From: an uncultured Nitrososphaera sp. | GTDB taxonomy: Archaea > Thermoproteota > Nitrososphaeria > Nitrososphaerales > Nitrososphaeraceae | DNA length: 40,045 bases | Direction of reading: 5' to 3' | NCBI GenBank assembly: GCA_964460425.1 | Contig: CAYWRR010000001.1 | Coordinates: 1 to 40,045 of the forward strand | In this document: positions 28,465 through 37,345 of the stretch, one piece after another | Layout of the letters: each line of letters starts with the position of its first letter | Position numbering within the stretch: position 1 is the stretch's first letter | Made by a program: the position numbers and the translations under genes | The notes under the pieces: generated by a model | What the model was told of the DNA's origin: nothing | What the model saw: only the letters and a program-made list of their open reading frames with translations | Database searches by the model: none

Positions 28465-29154
28465 GTGAAGCTAGCGGTGCTTTATTCCGGTGGCAAGGAC
28501 AGCACGTTTGCAATATCCTGTGCACAGGAAATGGGCCATCAGGTTGCATGCCTAATCACGATGCATCCTATAGCAGACGACAGCGCTCTATTCCATTATC
28601 CTAACAACTGGGTCACGGAATATCTTGCAGAAGCAATGCAGATTCCTCTAGTGGGATTTCAGGTGAGTGGTAGTTCAAAGGAGGATGAGGTGAACGCACT
28701 CGAAGAAGCAATAGTGCAAGTCAAGTGGCTGTATGGGATTGAAGGCATAGTTCATGGTGGCATTTCAAGCAACTACCAAAAGCAGGCATTTGAGCAAGTA
28801 TGTGTGCGTCAGGGAATTACGGCAGTAGCTCCACTGTGGAACTCTGATCCAGAAAGATATATCACCGAACTTGTCAACAGGGGCTTTCACATGGTAATAG
28901 CGGGAGTATCAACAATGGGGCTCGACAAGCAATGGCTTGGCAGGAAGCTTGACAAGGAATCGATCACCAAGCTCGTATCTGTAAGCAAGAAGTGTGGCTT
29001 TAATCTCACATTTGAGGGTGGTGAAGCTGAAACACTTGTCATCGATTGCCCTCTATATTGTAAAAAGCTTCAAATCAATGCCGCTACGACCTTTTGGGAC
29101 GGCCAGAGGGGAATATTTGAAATACGGGATGTGACATTAGTAGAAAAGAAATAG
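28465..29154 (+). CDS. dph6: Diphthine--ammonia ligase (Dph6, PP-loop ATPase)
   Basis: LYSGGKDS, G.ISSNYQK, PLW, WLGR and EGGEAETLV.D.P; GTG 28465 likely start. Confidence 0.9.
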   Translation: MKLAVLYSGGKDSTFAISCAQEMGHQVACLITMHPIADDSALFHYPNNWVTEYLAEAMQIPLVGFQVSGSSKEDEVNALEEAIVQVKWLYGIEGIVHGGISSNYQKQAFEQVCVRQGITAVAPLWNSDPERYITELVNRGFHMVIAGVSTMGLDKQWLGRKLDKESITKLVSVSKKCGFNLTFEGGEAETLVIDCPLYCKKLQINAATTFWDGQRGIFEIRDVTLVEKK

Positions 29155-29157
29155 CAC

Positions 29158-30528
29158 ATGTTTGATAACCTGCGCGAAGGCCTTCGTGGAGCTCTGAAGA
29201 AAATAGTAGGGGCATCTGACATCAACGAGGAACTGATCGACTCGATCTGCAAGGATGTACAGCGTTCACTGCTTCAGTCTGATGTCAACGTCAGACTTGT
29301 GATATCTATTACGCAGAACCTCAAACAAAGGGCACTAGGCGAGCAGCCTCCAAAGGGGCTTTCAAGGAAGGATCATATTGTTACGATATTGTACGGAGAG
29401 CTCGCCAAACTTTTGGGCTATTCAGGTGATGTCATAAAGACGATTGACAAGGCACAGGAAGATGATCCCTCTCTAGCAATGTCATTCTTCAAGGCTGGCA
29501 GGCAGAATGTAGTCCTTATGCTAGGTATCCAAGGAAGCGGCAAGACTACTGTGACTGCCAAGATGGCAAGGTGGCTCACAAAGCATGGCTACAGAGTCGG
29601 AGTCATTGGTGCAGACACATGGCGTCCTGGCGCGCTGACTCAATTGAAGATGAACTGCAGCAAAATAAATGTTGAAGTCTTTGGAGAGGAGCAGAATAAT
29701 AATGCTGTGGCAATAGCCAGAAACGGGCTTGATTACTTCAAGGATCAGAACCTTGATGTCATAATCATTGATACTGCAGGAAGGCACAAAGAGGAAGAAG
29801 GTCTTCTGCAGGAAATGAGTGAAATGTATAAGGCAGTGACGCCGGACTTAGTTCTGCTAGTTATTGACTCAACGCTAGGCCAAGGTGCCTTTAAACAGGC
29901 AGAGGCTTTCCATAAGGCTGCTTCAGTTGGAGGCATTGTCATTACAAAACTTGACGGTACTGCCAAAGGCGGGGGCGCTCTTGCAGCATCGGCCGCCACA
30001 GGAGCAAAGGTGATGTTCATAGGCACTGGCGAGCGCATAGATGACCTTGAGCAGTTCTCGCCGACCCGATTTGTAGGAAGGCTGCTTGGTATGGGAGATA
30101 TTAAAGCGCTGCTGGAAATGGCTAGGGGCTTGGAGCTTCAGGCAGATGAGAACCAAGTAAAGCGGCTTATGAGCGGCAAGATGACTATTGAGGACTTCTA
30201 TGCTCAGATGGAATCAGCAAGCAAAATGGGCTTTAGGAACATCATAGAGAATCTGGGAATTTCAGGCATGGTCAAGGAAGATAAGCTAGACGAAATGGAA
30301 ATGAGGATGGAAAAGTGGCGATTTATCATCCAGTCAATGACAAAGCAAGAAAGAAAAGACCCAGACATTATCAATGAGTCAAGGAGAAAACGGATAGCAA
30401 GAGGCTCTGGCCTGTTTGAAGGAGAAATCAAGGAAATGATCAAGCAGTACACCACCTCCAAGACCTTCATGAAGCACAATAAGGGTAGAGGAATGGGAGG
30501 ATTTTTTAGAAAACTTGGTCTCGGATAA
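29158..30528 (+). CDS. srp54: Signal recognition particle protein SRP54
   Basis: GIQGSGKTT, DTAGRH, TKLDGTAKGGGAL, GTGE..DDLE.F and M-domain RIARGSG. Confidence 0.97.
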   Translation: MFDNLREGLRGALKKIVGASDINEELIDSICKDVQRSLLQSDVNVRLVISITQNLKQRALGEQPPKGLSRKDHIVTILYGELAKLLGYSGDVIKTIDKAQEDDPSLAMSFFKAGRQNVVLMLGIQGSGKTTVTAKMARWLTKHGYRVGVIGADTWRPGALTQLKMNCSKINVEVFGEEQNNNAVAIARNGLDYFKDQNLDVIIIDTAGRHKEEEGLLQEMSEMYKAVTPDLVLLVIDSTLGQGAFKQAEAFHKAASVGGIVITKLDGTAKGGGALAASAATGAKVMFIGTGERIDDLEQFSPTRFVGRLLGMGDIKALLEMARGLELQADENQVKRLMSGKMTIEDFYAQMESASKMGFRNIIENLGISGMVKEDKLDEMEMRMEKWRFIIQSMTKQERKDPDIINESRRKRIARGSGLFEGEIKEMIKQYTTSKTFMKHNKGRGMGGFFRKLGLG

Positions 30529-31610
30529 TGCCCAAGGAAATACTGCTAAAGCAGTACAGGCTCTGCAAGCACTGTCTTGAAAGGCACATCAGTACAGGCA
30601 AGTCTAGTAGGCCGTGCTATATCTGCCAAGGACTGATGGACAACCTTGATGCCATAGCAAACACCATATTGACTGCTGTCAAGGGCTTTGAATTTGACAC
30701 CTTTCTTATTGGCGCCACGCTATCGACTCAGCTATGTGAGAGGGAAGACGCAATGAGGGCTCGGCTGAAAATAAGGGGAAGAGAGAGTATCAAGCATTAT
30801 CTTACGAGAGAGCTTGGGATACGGCTCACTCGCCTTACACAAAAACGAGTGGAATATGGAAAGCCGGACATAATGATTACTCTTACTGTAGATAAAGAGA
30901 ACAATGTAAATGTGGCAGTCATGTCCAGACCGCTTGCATTTGCCGGAGTTTACATCAAAAAGTCAAGAGGACTGCAGCAAAAACAGGACCGGTGCACTGG
31001 TTGCAGAGGTAAGGGCTGCAATTCTTGCAACTATTCTGGATTATCAGGATATGATGATAGTGTTGAAGGCATCATTGCAAATGAGCTAGTACAGATTACT
31101 AGGGGTCAGACACCAAAATTCACGTGGATGGGAAGCGAAGATCAGAGCAGCCTGGTTCTTGGAAGTGGTCGACCTTTTTACGTACGTGTCTTTAATTCAA
31201 AGAAGAGGAAGCTTAAAAATAAAACGATCATCAAAGGTGATGGCATCAAAGCAATATTGAGTGTGATTAACGATATACCTGTACTCCAACCACGCTTTAC
31301 AACCAAGACCAAAATCCATATAAGATCCGAAAATTCTCTGACAAAAGAAATTCTAAAAAAGCTCAATTCTCTCTCCGGTTCTAAAGTAAGCTTTGAGAAC
31401 AAATCAAAAATAGGTGTAAAAAACATCCATTCTGTACGCGTTAGGCAGCTTGAAAGCAATCAGTTTACTCTTACAATTGTAGCAGAAGGCGGGCTGATGA
31501 TAAAGCAACTTGTAGGTCGCGAAGAATATATGAAGCCTAACATTTCAGAAATTCTTGGAACAAGGTGCGAATGCCTGATGTTTGACATATTAGATGTCCA
31601 ACTTCAGTAA
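30528..31610 (+). CDS. pus10: Pus10-family tRNA pseudouridine synthase (divergent)
   Basis: N-terminal CxxC...CxxC, THUMP-like region (IK..L.RELG), G.YIKKSRGLQQ, GSED..S...G.GRPF and GGL.IK.LV...PNISEILG...C..FDILDV. Confidence 0.85.
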   Translation: MPKEILLKQYRLCKHCLERHISTGKSSRPCYICQGLMDNLDAIANTILTAVKGFEFDTFLIGATLSTQLCEREDAMRARLKIRGRESIKHYLTRELGIRLTRLTQKRVEYGKPDIMITLTVDKENNVNVAVMSRPLAFAGVYIKKSRGLQQKQDRCTGCRGKGCNSCNYSGLSGYDDSVEGIIANELVQITRGQTPKFTWMGSEDQSSLVLGSGRPFYVRVFNSKKRKLKNKTIIKGDGIKAILSVINDIPVLQPRFTTKTKIHIRSENSLTKEILKKLNSLSGSKVSFENKSKIGVKNIHSVRVRQLESNQFTLTIVAEGGLMIKQLVGREEYMKPNISEILGTRCECLMFDILDVQLQ

Positions 31611-31650
31611 CGTTTTTCTTTCGGCTGGCTCAATTTGACATCAGCAATAG

Positions 31651-32373
31651 ATGAATACTTTTGACCCGCTTTACAAGATTCACGACACCTACAGACTCGG
31701 CCAGATCCCGCAAAAAGTTTATGACCTTATAATGAAAAGGTTTCCGCTAGTTATAGAGGGCATCAAGCGAGTCGAGGAAGCATCTGGTTTGAATTATCCT
31801 TATTATTATGCAGAGCCAAACCTTGTGATCTCTGTCTCTGCCGTTGAGTTTACTGAGATGGGAATACTGTTTGCAAGGACGATACCCGTGGTAGATGCAT
31901 ACAAGCAGCTACATGTGGTTGTGCAGATAACTGCTCCTCTCATTTCCTATGGTCTCAAGGGCACGATACATGCGATTCTGGCACATGAGTTTATGCACTA
32001 CTTGGAGCTCATAAACAGAATACTCAAGATGAAGGTGGTATCTGATGACGTGTCCAGCACACTTTTTGAAGGAACTTATGCCGACGCTACTAGGCTTATT
32101 GAAGAGCAAGTGGTCTTCAAATCTGACCCCACTCTAATAAGGCACATTACTACCCGATTCCCAGAGGGCTTTAGAGATCTGAAGCTGGAGGAGAAGGTCA
32201 TCAAAACGTGGATGAACAAAGGCCTCCCGACTTCAAAGATATCGTTAGATGCCAATGTTATAAAGATCCCCATAGAGGCTATGGCATGCCTGAAGGTCGA
32301 GCAGAATGTCAAAGACAAAATTACTGAATTTGAAAACATAAAGCTCAAAAAGAAAAGAACCAGCTATGTCTAG
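31651..32373 (+). CDS. Hypothetical protein with HEXXH zinc-metallopeptidase motif
   Basis: IHAILAHEFMHYLE; its 3' end overlaps the next gene by 8 bp. Confidence 0.75.
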   Translation: MNTFDPLYKIHDTYRLGQIPQKVYDLIMKRFPLVIEGIKRVEEASGLNYPYYYAEPNLVISVSAVEFTEMGILFARTIPVVDAYKQLHVVVQITAPLISYGLKGTIHAILAHEFMHYLELINRILKMKVVSDDVSSTLFEGTYADATRLIEEQVVFKSDPTLIRHITTRFPEGFRDLKLEEKVIKTWMNKGLPTSKISLDANVIKIPIEAMACLKVEQNVKDKITEFENIKLKKKRTSYV

Positions 32374-34012
32374 CATTTCCCTACAGGAACTTAAAGTCAT
32401 TAGAAAATGCATTTGCAAAGTTACAAAGGGCCGTAGGATGATCGCTGCATGTATATATGGGTCAAGGGTTGCGGGCTATGATCGGCCTGACAGCGACATA
32501 GATCTGCTTATTGTTCTCGAAAATTATCCCTACGTCGTCAAATACATGTATTTGCGTGATTCCAGTACGAAAGTATCTGCGCTTGTAGTTGACCGCGAAG
32601 CACTATTGCGGGATGCACATAGTGCTTTCCTTGGCGAATTTGTAGTAGGTCGTTTACTCCATATTTACGAACCAATTGCTAATGCGGAGTTTCTTGCGAT
32701 GATCGAGCAGAATTATAAGCGACGGGTTATTTTGGACGAAGTACGCGACATCTTAGAGTCTACTGGCGTACTCGGCACAGAAATAATCTTTCCGCTAGAA
32801 TTTGTAGCATTTTCGAAGATAAAGCGCAGGATGTCTCTTTATGCAAGTGCGGCTTACAGCTACTACAAGACATACACCACTTCCAGGCGCAACATAGAGT
32901 TTGCACTTGACGGTTATCAGAGGGCAAAAGCAGATATTGTTGCACAACATAGCGAAATTTTTGCTGCAAGGCAGGATGGTCTTTTACAGATATCTGACAA
33001 GTGTATTTTTGTAGAAAAAAGAAGACAGACCAGTCTAAAACTTACAAAAAGGCTTCAAGAATTCAACTCGTATCTTGTGCACACATATGCTGGAAGAAAA
33101 ATCATGCACTTTGCTGTCAATGAAGCTGAATCCAAAATCCGGCGTCGCATAAGGGTGATGATGACCCCCCCCGATTTTATGTTACACCCAAGGAAGGTAT
33201 ACTGGAGACTACCCGAAGGCAGACTAATAGTAGATGGCAGTAATTGGCTCGATGATCTAGCCAGCCATCTTGGCAATTACTCTATTTCAAAAAAGTTGCG
33301 CCTAGGAAACAAGAACAGTAGAACTACAATGTATGTGCTAAAGCATGGCTCAGACGAGTACAAAATCGCAGTCAAAGAACTTTCAAGATCGAAGGCACTA
33401 AAGTGGGCAATAGTGGGTCTGTGGAGTGAGCCGGTAAGGAGGTATAGGATGGACCCTCTTTTCAGACTCGGCTCGGAATACAAGGCAAGCCGATATATAC
33501 GTAGCCTTGGTCTGCGTACGCCCATAATTGAGGCAGTAGTTCTCGATAGGAGACTGCTAGTGACACGATTTGTAAACGGGATAACACTAGCAGACGTAAT
33601 AAGAGACTGTATTGTAGGCAAAGCTGGTGCCAGTTTGATTAGCAAAGCAGGAGCAGAGATTGCAAAAATCCACACTGCAGGGGCAACTTTTGGCAATATC
33701 AAACCTAAGAACATCATTGTCAGCGAGAAGGACCTTTACTTTACCGATGTAGAGCAGTTTATCTTTAATGCTGGCGATCCGGCATGGGACGTGGCACAGT
33801 TTATTAGCTGGGCTCTAAAGAGCACTCGCAACAACAAAATGGTATCTACAATAACAAAGGAATTTGTTGAAGGCTATATTAGCGTCGGAGATCCAAGTAA
33901 TATCTTACGCCTTGCTAAGAGCAAGCGGTATATAGAATCGTTTTACCCTGTGCTTGTACCTTCTATGGTGCATACGATCAAAAAAGAAATAAATGCTGCT
34001 ATTGGAGGCTAG
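32366..34012 (+). CDS. Nucleotidyltransferase (MNT-like) fused to an atypical protein-kinase-like domain (Bud32/RIO/Kdo-like)
   Basis: N-terminal IYGSRVAGYDRPDSDIDLLIV; C-terminal IAVK, EY..S, G...P, H..G..FGNIKPKNII and FTDVE. Confidence 0.85.
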   Translation: MSSISLQELKVIRKCICKVTKGRRMIAACIYGSRVAGYDRPDSDIDLLIVLENYPYVVKYMYLRDSSTKVSALVVDREALLRDAHSAFLGEFVVGRLLHIYEPIANAEFLAMIEQNYKRRVILDEVRDILESTGVLGTEIIFPLEFVAFSKIKRRMSLYASAAYSYYKTYTTSRRNIEFALDGYQRAKADIVAQHSEIFAARQDGLLQISDKCIFVEKRRQTSLKLTKRLQEFNSYLVHTYAGRKIMHFAVNEAESKIRRRIRVMMTPPDFMLHPRKVYWRLPEGRLIVDGSNWLDDLASHLGNYSISKKLRLGNKNSRTTMYVLKHGSDEYKIAVKELSRSKALKWAIVGLWSEPVRRYRMDPLFRLGSEYKASRYIRSLGLRTPIIEAVVLDRRLLVTRFVNGITLADVIRDCIVGKAGASLISKAGAEIAKIHTAGATFGNIKPKNIIVSEKDLYFTDVEQFIFNAGDPAWDVAQFISWALKSTRNNKMVSTITKEFVEGYISVGDPSNILRLAKSKRYIESFYPVLVPSMVHTIKKEINAAIGG

Positions 34013-34019
34013 TACTTTT

Positions 34020-34229
34020 TTACTTTTTGGCCTTATTGGCACTTTCAGTGTGAGTGAACTCAGTAAAGCCGCATTTACCACAGGTTAACCTGTTCTTATG
34101 CTCTGCCATGAAAGTTCCCTTGCCGCAGCGGGGACAATCGCGCTTGATCCTTGTTACCTTGTCCCCTTGTACGTTATAGAACTTGTAGATGGTAACCTCT
34201 CCTTTGCTTGGGGCCTTTTTGTCCGCCAT
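34020..34229 (-). CDS. rps27ae: 30S ribosomal protein S27ae (eS31)
   Basis: CPRCGKGTFMAEHKNRLTCGKCGFTEF. Confidence 0.96.
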   Translation of the reverse strand: MADKKAPSKGEVTIYKFYNVQGDKVTRIKRDCPRCGKGTFMAEHKNRLTCGKCGFTEFTHTESANKAKK

Positions 34230-34633
34230 TACCTCTTAGCACCTGCTGCAGCACCACCACCAGTCTTAGAAGTAGCAGCTTCCTGCTTGGCTTTAAGCTT
34301 GGAAGCCTTTTCTTCATCAAGTACCTTCTTCCTTTCCTCTCTTGACAGTGTCCTCAGCAGCCTGTAGCGTGGTAGTTGTCTGGTAGGCTCATTTTCATCA
34401 TCATAAACATATAATATACCCTGAACATCTGTCATACCAGTTTGACATCTAAGGTTTATAGGGACAACCCGCTTTTTATTGACATTGAGCTGGTTAGCTA
34501 TTTTCTCTGCAGCCTCATTTCTGCTAATCTTGCCGGCTGCTCCTCTAAAAAGTACCTTTATCTCGCGCCTGTTTAACAGCGAGTTCGTACGATCCTCTAG
34601 CATTGCCACTTCCTGAACAGACAAAGCAGACAC
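34229..34633 (-). CDS. rps24e: 30S ribosomal protein S24e
   Basis: DRTNSLLNRREI...SRNE...G.T...G..YVY pattern; adjacent to rps27ae, the conserved archaeal order. Confidence 0.88.
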   Translation of the reverse strand: MSALSVQEVAMLEDRTNSLLNRREIKVLFRGAAGKISRNEAAEKIANQLNVNKKRVVPINLRCQTGMTDVQGILYVYDDENEPTRQLPRYRLLRTLSREERKKVLDEEKASKLKAKQEAATSKTGGGAAAGAKR

Positions 34634-34713
34634 AATGATATGTGTAGCCCATTTAAGTATTTGCTTAAGTCTGTACGAAAATCAAATATAGTCAGCTTTT
34701 TAAGATAAATTAA

Positions 34714-35124
34714 ATGAAGCCATTCTTCGAGGAATTTTGTGACAAGGTGATTACACTTGACAAGTCGATCAGGTTTGCCGGCATTGCGGACGGAGACGGC
34801 CACCTTGTGGCAATAGCAGAACGGAAGGGCCTTAAACCACTGCTCAATCCTGAAGAACGGGCACAATATGCGATCACCGCTGCCACTCGCCAATATACAC
34901 GGCTTAGGTGGGAGTACATGCTGGGCAAGATCAATTACGCTATATCAAACTATGCCAAGCTCGTCAGGGCAACTATTCCTATTGCTGACGAGAACAGCCG
35001 ACTCTATTATGTGCTCTTGCTATCATTTGACGTAGAGGCAGGGCCTAGCGTGCACGAGGTAATAGTAGAAAAGATAATCCCACTTGTCCGTAAGAACACA
35101 GACAAGTTCCTAAGGGATGCTTAG
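34714..35124 (+). CDS. Thaumarchaeal DUF6659-like protein (second paralogue)
   Basis: FCDKVITLDKSIRFAGIAD..G......RKGLKPLL...LGKINY....YAKLVRATIP. Confidence 0.75.
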   Translation: MKPFFEEFCDKVITLDKSIRFAGIADGDGHLVAIAERKGLKPLLNPEERAQYAITAATRQYTRLRWEYMLGKINYAISNYAKLVRATIPIADENSRLYYVLLLSFDVEAGPSVHEVIVEKIIPLVRKNTDKFLRDA

Positions 35125-36683
35125 CCGGTCTTGAATGGGGCTTTTGGAAATACGATCTTGATAGGCTGTCGAAAGGCAGGATGCACCATCACAAGCTCAC
35201 CCTTATTGAGTCTGACTATGTTAGCCTTTGTGCTTTCGTCTATCATCAAATAATGTGGCGTCGACAGTTCAGACATGCCTAGCTTGGCAATTATGTGCAT
35301 ACCTGTGTTTTCGTCCAATGCTGGGTCGACAGTGCTTTTGAACTGCTGAGCAGAGAAGAGAATTGTGCCACGTGACCTACCGGCTACTACCGTCCTCATT
35401 ACCTGCTCAGCTACAGCCGATATATTGCGTGCAGACCGTGGGATGAACCTATTGATCTCGTCAACAAAAATCAAAATGTACTTTGGGCTTTTGCCACTCT
35501 GCCTTGAAGAGTACAACTCGTCAATACTCTTCATTACGTCTCCTACTACAAACCCCTGTTCCTGTAGAGTAGGCAACATGGATATATCAATGACAAAAAC
35601 ATCGCTGCGTCTGATTTTTTTTATCTCTTTGCCAAGGTACCTGCTTGTTACTTTCTTGTCAATAAACATGGGCGACTTGCGGAACCTCTGGACATGACCA
35701 AGGAAGCGAAGAAGCGTGGATTTGTGCGCCACCACCTCCTGAGGGTAGCCTCTGAATTCAAGCAGATCGCTCCACGTGCTTACCCGCTTGCTGTCGCTGA
35801 GCAACGGCCACCCCTCGTAGATGTAGTTCAGTATCGATGAAACATTATATCCATCGTCATTGATCCCAAACAGCAGGTCCAGTTTGTCGTATACATCCTC
35901 GAGTCCAAAAGAATATGTCTTAGAATTGCTAGGCACTACAACAGAGTTCGGCCTCCCATCTCTTCCCCTAGGCAAAAAGTATGTAACATTTTCAAACGGC
36001 TTGATATCTAGGTCAAGTAGGTCAAACAGCTTCTTTGTCTCTTTGTTAGCCTTCCTTTTTTCATCTATGTGAAGTAGATCTTCTTCCTTTGTGTTCAAAA
36101 TTATTATCGCCACCTCCTCATGCATATCTTTCATAAGTCTCTGATAAGTGGAATGAAGCAGAAAAAATAGATACGATGTTTTTAAGTTGCCTGAAATGCC
36201 GGCTGCATTTACGTGTGCAGTGTCAGGTCCGAGCAGATATGAAATGTCAAGTGATACTGGTACTTGGAGACCGTTAGTCATTTCTATTATCCCTGCGGGT
36301 ATAGGATTTTGCATCTCGGGTATCCCTAGGGCGAATATTACCTCCTCTTGAGTGGCAAACCTAACAGGTTTAGCTGCTCCAACAGGCATACCTACAGCGA
36401 TGGTCCTTACTGATTCGTTTTCTATGCCCGTGTTTGCCATTACTGCAACCCTGGCTGCAGTTCCAATATCTTCCACAGCTTTAAGCTCCTTTACCATACC
36501 AATAGTTCTTGTTTTGAAAATATGTCTGACTGTGACAAAGTCAAAAGGGCTTATAATGATTTCAGGATTGATCGAAAACCAAAAGCTGTCCATGGTATTC
36601 GGAAATCTGTCAGATGCTAGTGTTTTGCCAATATCTTTATCCTTGCCATTTTTTTGTCGGATAAGGCCGTTGATTTCTTGCAT
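35121..36683 (-). CDS. HerA/FtsK-superfamily ATPase (DUF87-like)
   Basis: N-terminal barrel (FWF...ISPFDFV.V), HVNAAGISGNLKTS Walker A-like, NTK..DLL, IFVDEINRF Walker B, GRSRG..LFSAQQ and HP.F.QP...FP. Confidence 0.85.
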   Translation of the reverse strand: MQEINGLIRQKNGKDKDIGKTLASDRFPNTMDSFWFSINPEIIISPFDFVTVRHIFKTRTIGMVKELKAVEDIGTAARVAVMANTGIENESVRTIAVGMPVGAAKPVRFATQEEVIFALGIPEMQNPIPAGIIEMTNGLQVPVSLDISYLLGPDTAHVNAAGISGNLKTSYLFFLLHSTYQRLMKDMHEEVAIIILNTKEEDLLHIDEKRKANKETKKLFDLLDLDIKPFENVTYFLPRGRDGRPNSVVVPSNSKTYSFGLEDVYDKLDLLFGINDDGYNVSSILNYIYEGWPLLSDSKRVSTWSDLLEFRGYPQEVVAHKSTLLRFLGHVQRFRKSPMFIDKKVTSRYLGKEIKKIRRSDVFVIDISMLPTLQEQGFVVGDVMKSIDELYSSRQSGKSPKYILIFVDEINRFIPRSARNISAVAEQVMRTVVAGRSRGTILFSAQQFKSTVDPALDENTGMHIIAKLGMSELSTPHYLMIDESTKANIVRLNKGELVMVHPAFRQPIKIVFPKAPFKTG

Positions 36684-36963
36684 GTTAGATCAACAGAATA
36701 ATATAGTATTTGACTATCACGTACATATATACACACACATAAAAAACCAAGGCTGGATTAAGATTGCCACTTTTTGTATTTATCAGCCGAATTAAGTTGC
36801 TTCTACTCGGCCTTCATGCATACTTTTGAGATCATGTATCCTACTTTACTATTCATTGGTTATTCATCGCTTGCTTGTACTATTGCCTACTTCTGTAATT
36901 CTGGTAAATCAATTATTCATACTTCCTGTGACTGTTGACAAACTAAAAGAAAAAATGATTGAT

Positions 36964-37263
36964 TTACTTATTTGATCCAGCAGCACCCTGTTCGTACTGA
37001 TTGCCTGTTTCAGCTGCACCGGCCGTTCCTTTTGCCATTCCCTTGCTTCTTGCTATCTCACGAGCCTCTTCTGGACTTGTCCCTGTTTGGCCGCGTTCTG
37101 TTATTTTTTCTTCCATTTCACGCTTGACAGCTGTTGGCTCGTGTTCCTTTATCTTGGCAGGCGTCATGGCTTCCTTTTCGCGGTATTCTTTTAATGGATC
37201 ATCCTTTCTCTTAGTTTCTGTTCCTGGAGCGCCTTCTTCGTACTTCCTTTCTTGATCGGACAT
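36964..37263 (-). CDS. Small hydrophilic hypothetical protein
   Basis: Glu/Lys/Gly/Thr-rich with almost no large hydrophobics; YEEGAPG and YEQGAAG near the two ends. Confidence 0.7.
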   Translation of the reverse strand: MSDQERKYEEGAPGTETKRKDDPLKEYREKEAMTPAKIKEHEPTAVKREMEEKITERGQTGTSPEEAREIARSKGMAKGTAGAAETGNQYEQGAAGSNK

Positions 37264-37345
37264 GTATGTACTAGCGGCATCAAGCTATTTAGTAATTATA
37301 AAACAATGCAAACGTATATTTTTCATAGCCAGAATAACTGTGACA

